A stretch of DNA of 64,000 nt from Azolla caroliniana. Taxonomy: Eukaryota; Plantae; Polypodiophyta. Below, in pieces: positions 13,083 to 27,466 of this stretch. The notes beneath the pieces are model-generated. The model saw only the letters and a program-made list of their open reading frames with translations, did not search any database and was not told where the DNA came from. Each line of letters starts with the position of its first letter. Within the stretch, counting starts at the first letter, position 1. The translations under genes and the position numbers were made by a program. The stretch lies in NCBI GenBank assembly GCA_043228905.1, contig JBHGNT010000016.1, forward strand, positions 372,001 to 436,000, in the 5' to 3' direction.

Positions 13083-14325
13083 CGATTCGCATGTTTGAAC
13101 ATAAAAATCCGATATCCTACGAGCCAGGTATGAACCTTTTAATTTACCTACTAGCGCTTGTCAACTCCCTCCGCAAATTAGCTAATTTCTTCATGTCTCT
13201 CGACCTGAGTTTCAAAATCTTGATTTTTTAATACCATATCAGAGCTAGCGTTGCTAGCTTCGATTCGCATGTTTGAACATAAAAATCCGATATCACACGA
13301 GCCTGGTATGAACATTTTAATTTACTAACGCGCTCTTCTCCACTACGTCCTCAAATTTACTAATTTCTTCATGTCTCTCGACCTGAGTTTCAAAATCTTG
13401 ATTTTTTATATGTATATTAGAGCTACCGTTGTTAGCTTCGATTCGCATGTTTGAACACAAAAATCCGATATCACATGAGCCACGTATGAACATTTTAATT
13501 TACCTACTAGCTCTTGTCAACTCCCTCCTCAAATTTGCTAATTTCTTCATGTCTCTCGACCTGAGTTTCAAAATCTTGATTTTTCAATTCCATATTAGAC
13601 CTAGCGTTAGCTTCGATTCGCATGTTTGAACATAAAAATCCGATATCATACGAGCCAGGTATGAACCTTTTAATTTACCTACTAGCGCTTGTCAACTCCC
13701 TCCTCAAATTTGCTAATTTCTTCATGTCTCTTGACCTGAGCTACAAAATCTTGATTTTTTAATTCCGTAACATAGCTAGCGCTGTTAGCTTCGATTCACA
13801 TGTTTGAACACAAAAATCCGATATCACACGAGCCACGGATGAACATTTTAATTTACCTACTAGCGCTTGTCAACTCCCTCCTCAAATTTGCTAATTTCTT
13901 CATGTCTCTCGACCTGAGCTACAAAATCTTGATTTTTTAATTCCGTAACATAGCTAGCGCTGTTAGCTTCGATTCACATGTTTGAACACAAAAATCCGAT
14001 ATCACACGAGCCACGGATGAACATTTTAATTTACCTACTAGGGCTTGTCAACTCCCTCCTCAAATTTGCTAATTTCTTCATGTGTCTCGACCTGAGTTTC
14101 AAAATCTTGATTTTTTAATACCATATCAGAGCTAGCATTGTTAGCTTCGATTCACATGTTTGAACACAAAAAACTGATATCACACGAGCCTGGTATGAAC
14201 ATTTTAATTTACCTACTAGGGCTTGTCAACTCCCTCCTTAAATTTACTAATTTTTTCATGTGTGTCGACCTGAGTTTCAAAATCTTGATTTTTTAATACC
14301 ATATCAGAGCTAGCGGTGTTAGCTT

Positions 14326-17300
14326 CGATTCCCATGTTTGAACACAGAAATCAGATATCAGACGAGCCTGGTATGAACATTTTAATTTACTAACGCGCTC
14401 TTCTCCACTACCTGTCTCTCGACCTGAGTTTCAAAATCTGGATTTTTCAATTCCATATCAGAGCTAGCGTTGTTAGCTTTGATTCTTATGTTTGAACACA
14501 AAAATCCGATATCACACGAGCCAGGTATGAACATTTTAATTTACCTACTAGCGCTTATCAACTCCCTCCTCAAATTTGCTAATTTCTTCATGTCTCTCGA
14601 CCTGAGTTTCAAAATCTTGATTTTTCAATTCCATATTAGAGCTAGCGTTCTTAGCTTCGATTCGCAAGTTTGAACACAAAAATCCGATATTACACGAGCC
14701 ACGTATGAACATTTTAATTTACCTACTAGCGCTTGTAACCTCCCTCATGAAACTTGCTAATTTCTTCATGTCTCTCGACCTGAGTTTCAAAATCTTGATT
14801 TTTTAATTGCATATCAAAGCTAGCGCTGTTAGCTTCGATTCACATGTTTGAACACAAAAATCCGATATCACACAAGCCACGGATGGACATTATAATTTAC
14901 CTACTAGCGCTTGTCAACTCCCTCCTCAACTTTGCTAATTTCTTCATGTCTCTGGACCTGAGTTTCAAAATTTTGATTTTTTAATTCCATATCAGAGCTA
15001 GCGTTGTTAGCTTCGATTCGCATGTTTGAACATAAAAATCCGATATCATACGAGCCAGGTATGAACCTTTTAATTTACCTACTAGCGCTTGTCAACTCCC
15101 TCCGCAAATTTGCTAATTTCTTCATGTCTCTCGACCTGAGTTTCAAAATCTGGATTTTTCAACTCCTTAACAGAGCTAACGTTGTTAGCTTCGATTCCCA
15201 TGTTTGAACACAAAAATCCGATATCACACGAGCCACGGATGAACATTTTAATTTACTAACGCGCTCTTCTCCACTACCTCCTCAAATTTGCTAATTTCTT
15301 CATGTCTCACGACCTGAATTTCAAAATCTTGATTTTTCAATTCCATATCAGAGCTAGCGTTGTTAGCTTCGATTCGCATGTTTGAACACAAAAATCCGAT
15401 ATCACATGAGCCACGTATGAACATTTTAATTTACCTACTAGCTCTTGTCAACTCCCTCCTAAAATTTGCTAATTTCTTCATGTCTCTCAACCTGAGTTTC
15501 AAAATCTTGATTTTTCAATTCCATATTAGACCTAGCGTTACCTTCGATTCGCATCTTTGAACATAAAAATCCGATATCATACGAGCCAGGTATGAACCTT
15601 TTAATTTACCTACTAGCGCTTGTCAACTCCCTCCTCAAATTTGCTAATTTCTTCATGTCTCTCGACCTGAGCTACAAAATCTTGATTTTTTAATTCCGTA
15701 ACATAGCTAGCGCTGTTAGCTTCGATTCACATGTTTGAACACAAAAATCCGATATCACACGAGCCACGGATGAACATTTTAATTTACCTACTAGCGCTTG
15801 TCAACTCCCTCCTCACATTTGCTAATTTCTTGATGTCTCTCGACCTGTGTTTCAAAATCTTGATTTTTTAATACCATATCAGAGCTAGCGTTGTTAGCTT
15901 CGATTCACATGTTTGAACACAAAAATCTGATATCACACGAGCCACGTATGAACATTTTAATTTACCTACTAGCTCTTGTCAACTCCCTCCTCAAATTTAC
16001 TATTTTTTTCATGTGTGTCGACCTGAGTTTCAAAATCTTGATTTTTTATTTCCATATCACAGCTAGCGTTGTTAGCTTCGATTCCCATGTTTGAACACAG
16101 AAATCAGATATCAGACGAGCCTGGTATGAACATTTTAATTTACTAACGCGCTCTTCTCCACTACCTGTCTCTCGACCTGAGTTTCAAAATCTGGATTTTT
16201 CAATTCCATATCAGAGCTAGCGTTGTTAGCTTTGATTCTTATGTTTGAACACAAAAATCCGATATCACACGAGCCAGGTATGAACATTTTAATTTACCTA
16301 CTAGCGCTTATCAACTCCCTCCTCAAATTTGCTAATTTCTTCATGTCTCTCGACCTGAGTTTCAAAATCTTGATTTTTCAATTCCATATTAGAGCTAGCG
16401 TTCTTAGCTTCGATTCGCAAGTTTGAACACAAAAATCCGATATTACACGAGCCACGTATGAACATTTTAATTTACCTACTAGCGCTTGTAACCTCCCTCA
16501 TGAAACTTGCTAATTTCTTCATGTCTCTCGACCTGAGTTTCAAAATCTTGATTTTTTAATTGCATATCAAAGCTAGCGCTGTTAGCTTCGATTCACATGT
16601 TTGAACACAAAAATCCGATATCACACAAGCCACGGATGGACATTATAATTTACCTACTAGCGCTTGTCAACTCCCTCCTCAACTTTGCTAATTTCTTCAT
16701 GTCTCTGGACCTGAGTTTCAAAATTTTGATTTTTTAATTCCATATCAGAGCTAGCGTTGTTAGCTTCGATTCGCATGTTTGAACATAAAAATCCGATATC
16801 ATACGAGCCAGGTATGAACCTTTTAATTTACCTACTAGCGCTTGTCAACTCCCTCCGCAAATTTGCTAATTTCTTCATGTCTCTCGACCTGAGTTTCAAA
16901 ATCTGGATTTTTCAACTCCTTAACAGAGCTAACGTTGTTAGCTTCGATTCCCATGTTTGAACACAAAAATCCGATATCACACGAGCCACGGATGAACATT
17001 TTAATTTACTAACGCGCTCTTCTCCACTACCTCCTCAAATTTGCTAATTTCTTCATGTCTCACGACCTGAATTTCAAAATCTTGATTTTTCAATTCCATA
17101 TCAGAGCTAGCGTTGTTAGCTTCGATTCGCATGTTTGAACACAAAAATCCGATATCACATGAGCCACGTATGAACATTTTAATTTACCTACTAGCTCTTG
17201 TCAACTCCCTCCTAAAATTTGCTAATTTCTTCATGTCTCTCGACCTGAGTTTCAAAATCTTGATTTTTCAATTCCATATTAGACCTAGCGTTACCTTCGA

Positions 17301-17831
17301 TTCGCATCTTTGAACATAAAAATCCGATATCATACGAGCCAGGTATGAACCTTTTAATTTACCTACTAGCGCTTGTCAACTCCCTCCTCAAATTTGCTAA
17401 TTTCTTCATGTCTCTCGACCTGAGCTACAAAATCTTGATTTTTTAATTCCGTAACATAGCTAGCGCTGTTAGCTTCGATTCACATGTTTGAACACAAAAA
17501 TCCGATATCACACGAGCCACGGATGAACATTTTAATTTACCTACTAGCGCTTGTCAACTCCCTCCTCACATTTGCTAATTTCTTGATGTCTCTCGACCTG
17601 TGTTTCAAAATCTTGATTTTTTAATACCATATCAGAGCTAGCGTTGTTAGCTTCGATTCACATGTTTGAACACAAAAATCTGATATCACACGAGCCACGT
17701 ATGAACATTTTAATTTACCTACTAGCTCTTGTCAACTCCCTCCTCAAATTTACTATTTTTTTCATGTGTGTCGACCTGAGTTTCAAAATCTTGATTTTTT
17801 ATTTCCATATCACAGCTAGCGTTGTTAGCTT
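14326..17831. repeat. 10-mer HOR, 1,753 bp (154+175+8x178), 2 copies
   Basis: ORF pairs 14470/16223, 15004/16757, 15360/17113 and 15891/17644 are all offset by 1,753. The private variants GCATCTTTGA and TTTTTATTTCC are shared by the two copies. Confidence 0.9.
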
Positions 17832-19414
17832 CGATTCCCATGTTTGCACACAAAAATCAGATATCAGACGAGCCTGGTATGAACATTTTAATTTACTAAC
17901 GCGCTCTTCTCCACTACCTCCTCAAATGTGTGTCGACCTGAGTTTCAAAATCTTGATTTTTTAATTCCATATCACAGCTAGCGTTGTTAGCTTCGATTCC
18001 CATGTTTGAACACAGAAATCAGATATCAGACGAGCCTGGTATGAACATTTTAATTTACTAACGCGCTCTTCTCCACTACCTCCTCAAATTTGCTAATTTC
18101 TTCATGTCTCTCGACCTGAGTTTCAAAATCTTGATTTTTCAATTCCATATCAGAGCTAGCGTTGTTAGCTTTGATTCTTATGTTTGAACACAAAAATCCG
18201 ATATCACACGAGCCAGGTATGAACATTTTAATTTACCTACTAGCTCTTGTCAACTCCCTCCTGAAATTTCTTAATTTCTTCATGTCTCTTGACCTGAGTT
18301 TCAAAATCTTGATTTTTTAATTCCATAATAGAGCTAGCGCTGTTAGCTTCGATTCACATGTTTGAACACAAAAATCCGATATCACACGAGCCACGGATGA
18401 ACATTTTAATTTACCTACTAGCGCTTGTCAACTCCCTCCTCAAATTTGCTAATTTCTTCATGTCTCTCGACCTGAGTTTCAAAATCTTGATTTTTTAATA
18501 CCATATTAGAGCTAGCGTTGTTAGCTTCGATTCACATGTTTGAACACAAAAATCTGATATCACACGAGCCACGTATGAACATTTTAATTTACCTACTAGC
18601 TCTTGTCAACTCCCTCCTCAAATTTACTAATTTTTTCATGTGTGTCGACCTGAGTTTCAAAATCTTGATTTTTTAATTCCATATCACAGCTAGCGTTGTT
18701 AGCTTCGATTCCCATGTTTGAACACAGAAATCAGATATCACACGAGCCTGGTATGAACATTTTAATTTACTAACACGCTCTTCTCCACTACCTCCTCAAA
18801 TTTGCTAATTTCTTCATGTCTCTCGACCTGAGTTTCAAAATCTTGATTTTTCAATTCCATATCAGAGCTACCGTTGTTAGCTTCGATTCGCATGTTTGAA
18901 CACAAAAATCCGATATCACATGAGCCACGTATGAACATTTTAATTTACCTACTAGCTCTTGTCAACTCCCTCCTAAAATTTGCTAATTTCTTCATGTCTC
19001 TCGACCTGAGTTTCAAAATCTTGATTTTTCAATTCCATATTAGACCTAGCGTTACCTTCGATTCGCATGTTTGAACATAAAAATCCGATATCATACGAGC
19101 CAGGTATGAACCTTTTAATTTACCTACTAGCGCTTGTCAACTCCCTCCTCAAATTTGCTAATTTCTTCATGTCTCTCGACCTGAGCTACAAAATCTTGAT
19201 TTTTTAATTCCGTAACATAGCTAGCGCTGTTAGCTTCGATTCACATGTTTGAACACAAAAATCCGATATCACACGAGCCACGGATGAACATTTTAATTTA
19301 CCTACTAGCGCTTGTCAACTCCCTCCTCACATTTGCTAATTTCTTGATGTCTCTCGACCTGAGTTTCAAAATCTTGATTTTTTAATTCCATATCACAGCT
19401 AGCGTTGTTAGCTT

Positions 19415-22400
19415 CGATTCCCATGTTTGAACACAAAAATCAGATATCAGACGAGCCTGGTATGAACATTTTAATTTACTAACGCGCTCTTCTCCACTAC
19501 CTCCTCAAATGTGTGTCGACCTGAGTTTCAAAATCTTGATTTTTTAATTCCATATCACAGCTAGCGTTGTTAGCTTCGATTCCCATGTTTGAACACAGAA
19601 ATCAGATATCAGACGAGCCTGGTATGAACATTTTAATTTACTAACGCGCTCTTCTCCACTACCTCCTCAAATTTGCTAATTTCTTCATGTCTCTCGACCT
19701 GAGTTTCAAAATCTTGATTTTTCAATTCCATATCAGAGCTAGCGTTGTTAGCTTTGATTCTTATGTTTGAACACAAAAATCCGATATCACACGAGCCAGG
19801 TATGAACATTTTAATTTACCTACTAGCTCTTGTCAACTCCCTCCTGAAATTTCTTAATTTCTTCATGTCTCTTGACCTGAGTTTCAAAATCTTGATTTTT
19901 TAATTCCATAATAGAGCTAGCGCTGTTAGCTTCGATTCACATGTTTGAACACAAAAATCCGATATCACACGAGCCACGGATGAACATTTTAATTTACTAA
20001 CGCGCTCTTCTCCACTACCTCCTCAAATTTGCTAATTTCTTCATGTCTCTCGACCTGAGTTTCAAAATCTGGATTTTTTAACTCCTTAACAGAGCTAGCG
20101 CTGTTAGCTTCGATTCGCATGTTTGAACACAAAAATCCGATATCACAAGAGCTAGGTATGAACATTTTAATTTACCTACTAGCTCTTGTTAACTCCCTCC
20201 TCAAATTTGTTAATTTCTTCATGTCTCTCGATCTGAGTTTCAAAATCTTGATTTTTTAATTCCTATCAGAGCTAGCACTGTTAGCTTCGATTCACATGTT
20301 TGAACACAAAAATCCGATATCACACGAGCCACGTATGAACTTTTTAATTTACCTACTAGCGCTTGTCAACTCCCTCTTCAAATTTGCTAATTTCTTCATG
20401 TCTCTCGACCTGAGTTTCAAAATCTTGATTTTTTAATTCCATATCAGAGCTACCGTTGTTAGCTTCGATTCACATGTTTGAACACAAAAATCCGATATCA
20501 CATGAGCCACGTATGAACATTTTAATTTACCTACTAGCTCTTGTCAACTCCCTCCTAAAATTTGCTAATTTCTTCATGTCTCTCGACCTGAGTTTCAAAA
20601 TCTTGATTTTTCAATTCCATATTAGACCTAGCGTTACCTTCGATTCGCATGTTTGAACATAAAAATCCGATATCATACGAGCCAGGTATGAACCTTTTAA
20701 TTTACCTACTAGCGCTTGTCAACTCCCTCCTCAAATTTGCTAATTTCTTCATGTCTCTCGACCTGAGCTACAAAATCTTGATTTTTTAATTCCGTAACAT
20801 AGCTAGCGCTGTTAGCTTCGATTCACATGTTTCAACACAAAAATCCGATATCACACGAGCCACGGATGAACATTTTAATTTACCTACTAGCGCTTGTCAA
20901 CTCCCTCCTCACATTTGCTAATTTCTTGATGTCTCTCGACCTGAGTTTCAAAATCTTGATTTTTTAATACCATATCAGAGCTAGCGTTGTTAGCTTCGAT
21001 TCACATGTTTGAACACAAAAATCTGATATCACACGAGCCACGTATGAACATTTTAATTTACCTACTAGCTCTTGTCAACTCCCTCCTCAAATTTACTAAT
21101 TTTTTCATGTGTGTCGATCTGAGTTTCAAAATCTTGATTTTTTAATTCCATATCACAGCTAGCGTTGTTAGCTTCGATTCCCATGTTTGAACACAAAAAT
21201 CAGATATCAGACGAGCCTGGTATGAACATTTTAATTTACTAACGCGCTCTTCTCCACTACCTCCTCAAATGTGTGTCGACCTGAGTTTCAAAATCTTGAT
21301 TTTTTAATTCCATATCACAGCTAGCGTTGTTAGCTTCGATTCCCATGTTTGAACACAGAAATCAGATATCAGACGAGCCTGGTATGAACATTTTAATTTA
21401 CTAACGCGCTCTTCTCCACTACCTCCTCAAATTTGCTAATTTCTTTATGTCTCTCGACCTGAGTTTCAAAATCTTGATTTTTCAATTCCATATCAGAGCT
21501 AGCGTTCTTAGCTTTGATTCTTATGTTTGAACACAAAAATCCAATATCACACGAGCCAGGTATGAACATTTTAATTTACCTACTAGCTCTTGTCAACTCC
21601 CTCCTGAAATTTCTTAATTTCTTCATGTCTCTTGACCTGAGTTTCAAAATCTTGATTTTTTAATTCCATAATAGAGCTAGCGCTGTTAGCTTCGATTCAC
21701 ATGTTTGAACACAAAAATGCGATATCACACGAGCCACGGATGAACATTTTAATTTACTAACGCGCTCTTCTCCACTACCTCCTCAAATTTGCTAATTTCT
21801 TCATGTCTCTCGACCTGAGTTTCAAAATCTGGATTTTTCAACTCCTTAACAGAGCTAGCGCTGTTAGCTTCGATTCGCATGTTTGAACACAAAAATCCGA
21901 TATCACAAGAGCTAGGTATGAACATTTTAATTTACCTACTAGCTCTTGTTAACTCCCTCCTCAAATTTGTTAATTTCTTCATGTCTCTCGATCTGAGTAT
22001 CAAAATCTTGATTTTTTAATTCCTATCAGAGCTAGCACTGTTAGCTTCGATTCACATGTTTGAACACAAAAATCCGATATCACACGAGCCACGTATGAAC
22101 ATTTTAATTTACGTACTAGCGCTTGTCAACTCCCTCTTCAAATTTGCTAATTTCTTCATGTCTCTCGACCTGAGTTTCAAAATCTTGATTTTTTAATTCC
22201 ATATCAGAGCTAGCGTTGTTAGCTTCGATTCGCATGTTTGAACATAAAAATCCGATATCCTACGAGCCAGGTATGAACCTTTTAATTCACCTACTAGCGC
22301 TTGTCAACTCCCTCCGCAAATTAGCTAATTTCTTCATGTCTCTCGACCTGAGTTTCAAAATCTTGATTTTTTAATACCATATCAGAGCTAGCGTTGCTAG

Positions 22401-24246
22401 CTTCGATTCGCATGTTTGAACATAAAAATCCGATATCACACGAGCCTGGTATGAACATTTTAATTTACTAACGCGCTCTTCTCCACTACGTCCTCAAATT
22501 TACTAATTTCTTCATGTCTCTCGACCTGAGTTTCAAAATCTTGATTTTTTATATGTATATTAGAGCTACCGTTGTTAGCTTCGATTCGCATGTTTGAACA
22601 CAAAAATCCGATATCACATGAGCCACGTATGAACATTTTAATTTACCTACTAGCTCTTGTCAACTCCCTCCTCAAATTTGCTAATTTCTTCATGTCTCTC
22701 GACCTGAGTTTCAAAATCTTGATTTTTCAATTCCATATTAGACCTAGCGTTAGCTTCGATTCGCATGTTTGAACATAAAAATCCGATATCATACGAGCCA
22801 GGTATGAACCTTTTAATTTACCTACTAGCGCTTGTCAACTCCCTCCTCAAATTTGCTAATTTCTTCATGTCTCTCGACCTGAGCTACAAAATCTTGATTT
22901 TTTAATTCCGTAACATAGCTAGCGCTGTTAGCTTCGATTCACATGTTTGAACACAAAAATCCGATATCACACGAGCCACGGATGAACATTTTAATTTACC
23001 TACTAGCGCTTGTCAACTCCCTCCTCAAATTTGCTAATTTCTTCATGTCTCTCGACCTGAGCTACAAAATCTTGATTTTTTAATTCCGTAACATAGCTAG
23101 CGCTGTTAGCTTCGATTCACATGTTTGAACACAAAAATCCGATATCACACGAGCCACGGATGAACATTTTAATTTACCTACTAGGGCTTGTCAACTCCCT
23201 CCTCAAATTTGCTAATTTCTTCATGTGTCTCGACCTGAGTTTCAAAATCTTGATTTTTTAATACCATATCAGAGCTAGCGTTGTTAGCTTCGATTCACAT
23301 GTTTGAACACAAAAAACTGATATCACACGAGCCTGGTATGAACATTTTAATTTACCTACTAGGGCTTGTCAACTCCCTCCTTAAATTTACTAATTTTTTC
23401 ATGTGTGTCGACCTGAGTTTCAAAATCTTGATTTTTTAATACCATATCAGAGCTAGCGGTGTTAGCTTCGATTCCCATGTTTGAACACAGAAATCAGATA
23501 TCAGACGAGCCTGGTATGAACATTTTAATTTACTAACGCGCTCTTCTCCACTACCTGTCTCTCGACCTGAGTTTCAAAATCTGGATTTTTCAATTCCATA
23601 TCAGAGCTAGCGTTGTTAGCTTTGATTCTTATGTTTGAACACAAAAATCCGATATCACACGAGCCAGGTATGAACATTTTAATTTACCTACTAGCGCTTA
23701 TCAACTCCCTCCTCAAATTTGCTAATTTCTTCATGTCTCTCGACCTGAGTTTCAAAATCTTGATTTTTCAATTCCATATTAGAGCTAGCGTTCTTAGCTT
23801 CGATTCGCAAGTTTGAACACAAAAATCCGATATTACACGAGCCACGTATGAACATTTTAATTTACCTACTAGCGCTTGTAACCTCCCTCATGAAACTTGC
23901 TAATTTCTTCATGTCTCTCGACCTGAGTTTCAAAATCTTGATTTTTTAATTGCATATCAAAGCTAGCGCTGTTAGCTTCGATTCACATGTTTGAACACAA
24001 AAATCCGATATCACACAAGCCACGGATGGACATTATAATTTACCTACTAGCGCTTGTCAACTCCCTCCTCAACTTTGCTAATTTCTTCATGTCTCTGGAC
24101 CTGAGTTTCAAAATTTTGATTTTTTAATTCCATATCAGAGCTAGCGTTGTTAGCTTCGATTCGCATGTTTGAACATAAAAATCCGATATCATACGAGCCA
24201 GGTATGAACCTTTTAATTTACCTACTAGCGCTTGTCAACTCCCTCC
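19415..24246. repeat. ~4.8 kb block duplication of ~10272-15103 (offset 9,143 bp)
   Basis: The offset 9,143 is shared by ORFs 11313/20456, 13429/22572 and 14470/23613, and by the 162-bp junctions 10368/19511 and 12128/21271. Confidence 0.88.
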
Positions 24247-27200
24247 TCAAATTTGCTAATTTCTTCATGTCTCTCGACCTGAGCTACAAAATCTTGATTT
24301 TTTAATTCCGTAACATAGCTAGCGCTGTTAGCTTCGATTCACATGTTTGAACACAAAAATCCGATATCACACGAGCCACGGATGAACATTTTAATTTACC
24401 TACTAGGGCTTGTCAACTCCCTCCTCAAATTTGCTAATTTCTTCATGTGTCTCGACCTGAGTTTCAAAATCTTGATTTTTTAATACCATATCAGAGCTAG
24501 CGTTGTTAGCTTCGATTCACATGTTTGAACACAAAAAACTGATATCACACGAGCCTGGTATGAACATTTTAATTTACCTACTAGGGCTTGTCAACTCCCT
24601 CCTTAAATTTACTAATTTTTTCATGTGTGTCGACCTGAGTTTCAAAATCTTGATTTTTTAATACCATATCAGAGCTAGCGGTGTTAGCTTCGATTCCCAT
24701 GTTTGAACACAGAAATCAGATATCAGACGAGCCTGGTATGAACATTTTAATTTACTAACGCGCTCTTCTCCACTACCTGTCTCTCGACCTGAGTTTCAAA
24801 ATCTGGATTTTTCAATTCCATATCAGAGCTAGCGTTGTTAGCTTTGATTCTTATGTTTGAACACAAAAATCCGATATCACACGAGCCAGGTATGAACATT
24901 TTAATTTACCTACTAGCGCTTATCAACTCCCTCCTCAAATTTGCTAATTTCTTCATGTCTCTCGACCTGAGTTTCAAAATCTTGATTTTTCAATTCCATA
25001 TTAGAGCTAGCGTTCTTAGCTTCGATTCGCAAGTTTGAACACAAAAATCCGATATTACACGAGCCACGTATGAACATTTTAATTTACCTACTAGCGCTTG
25101 TAACCTCCCTCATGAAACTTGCTAATTTCTTCATGTCTCTCGACCTGAGTTTCAAAATCTTGATTTTTTAATTGCATATCAAAGCTAGCGCTGTTAGCTT
25201 CGATTCACATGTTTGAACACAAAAATCCGATATCACACAAGCCACGGATGGACATTATAATTTACCTACTAGCGCTTGTCAACTCCCTCCTCAACTTTGC
25301 TAATTTCTTCATGTCTCTGGACCTGAGTTTCAAAATTTTGATTTTTTAATTCCATATCAGAGCTAGCGTTGTTAGCTTCGATTCGCATGTTTGAACATAA
25401 AAATCCGATATCATACGAGCCAGGTATGAACCTTTTAATTTACCTACTAGCGCTTGTCAACTCCCTCCTCAAATTTGCTAATTTCTTCATGTCTCTCGAC
25501 CTGAGCTACAAAATCTTGATTTTTTAATTCCGTAACATAGCTAGCGCTGTTAGCTTCGATTCACATGTTTGAACACAAAAATCCGATATCACACGAGCCA
25601 CGGATGAACATTTTAATTTACCTACTAGCGCTTGTCAACTCCCTCCTCAAATTTGCTAATTTCTTCATGTCTCTCGACCTGAGCTACAAAATCTTGATTT
25701 TTTAATTCCGTAACATAGCTAGCGCTGTTAGCTTCGATTCACATGTTTGAACACAAAAAGCCGATATCACACGAGCCACGGATGAACATTTTAATTTACC
25801 TACTAGGGCTTGTCAACTCCCTCCTCAAATTTGCTAATTTCTTCATGTGTCTCGACCTGAGTTTCAAAATCTTGATTTTTTAATACCATATCAGAGCTAG
25901 CGGTGTTAGCTTCGATTCCCATGTTTGAACACAGAAATCAGATATCAGACGAGCCTGGTATGAACATTTTAATTTACTAACGCGCTCTTCTCCACTACCT
26001 GTCTCTCGACCTGAGTTTCAAAATCTGGATTTTTCAATTCCATATCAGAGCTAGCGTTGTTAGCTTTGATTCTTATGTTTGAACACAAAAATCCGATATC
26101 ACACGAGCCAGGTATGAACATTTTAATTTACCTACTAGCGCTTATCAACTCCCTCCTCAAATTTGCTAATTTCTTCATGTCTCTCGACCTGAGTTTCAAA
26201 ATCTTGATTTTTCAATTCCATATTAGAGCTAGCGTTCTTAGCTTCGATTCGCAAGTTTGAACACAAAAATCCGATATTACACGAGCCACGTATGAACATT
26301 TTAATTTACCTACTAGCGCTTGTAACCTCCCTCATGAAACTTGCTAATTTCTTCATGTCTCTCGACCTGAGTTTCAAAATCTTGATTTTTTAATTGCATA
26401 TCAAAGCTAGCGCTGTTAGCTTCGATTCACATGTTTGAACACAAAAATCCGATATCACACAAGCCACGGATGGACATTATAATTTACCTACTAGCGCTTG
26501 TCAACTCCCTCCTCAACTTTGCTAATTTCTTCATGTCTCTGGACCTGAGTTTCAAAATTTTGATTTTTTAATTCCATATCAGAGCTAGCGTTGTTAGCTT
26601 CGATTCGCATGTTTGAACATAAAAATCCGATATCATACGAGCCAGGTATGAACCTTTTAATTTACCTACTAGCGCTTGTCAACTCCCTCCTCAAATTTGC
26701 TAATTTCTTCATGTCTCTCGACCTGAGCTACAAAATCTTGATTTTTTAATTCCGTAACATAGCTAGCGCTGTTAGCTTCGATTCACATGTTTGAACACAA
26801 AAATCCGATATCACACGAGCCACGGATGAACATTTTAATTTACCTACTAGCGCTTGTCAACTCCCTCCTCAAATTTGCTAATTTCTTCATGTCTCTCGAC
26901 CTGAGCTACAAAATCTTGATTTTTTAATTCCGTAACATAGCTAGCGCTGTTAGCTTCGATTCACATGTTTGAACACAAAAAGCCGATATCACACGAGCCA
27001 CGGATGAACATTTTAATTTACCTACTAGGGCTTGTCAACTCCCTCCTCAAATTTGCTAATTTCTTCATGTGTCTCGACCTGAGTTTCAAAATCTTGATTT
27101 TTTAATACCATATCAGAGCTAGCGTTGTTAGCTTCGATTCACATGTTTGAACACAAAAAACTGATATCACACGAGCCTGGTATGAACATTTTAATTTACC

Positions 27201-27466
27201 TACTAGGGCTTGTCAACTCCCTCCTTAAATTTACTAATTTTTTCATGTGTGTCGACCTGAGTTTCAAAATCTTGATTTTTTAATACCATATCAGAGCTAG
27301 CGGTGTTAGCTTCGATTCCCATGTTTGAACACAGAAATCAGATATCAGACGAGCCTGGTATGAACATTTTAATTTACTAACGCGCTCTTCTCCACTACCT
27401 GTCTCTCGACCTGAGTTTCAAAATCTGGATTTTTCAATTCCATATCAGAGCTAGCGTTGTTAGCTT
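23623..27466. repeat. 7/8-mer HOR containing the 154-bp monomer: units of 1,222, 1,222 and 1,400 bp
   Basis: Marker ORFs lie at 23613, 24835, 26057 and 27457. The 24-bp deletion junction CCACTACCT|GTCTCTCG lies at 23557, 24779, 26001 and 27401. Confidence 0.9.

Noticed and set aside
17644-17964. Longest ORF (106 aa)
   Set aside because: It arises from two point variants plus the 162-bp monomer. It is internally repetitive, single-copy and has no recognisable domain.
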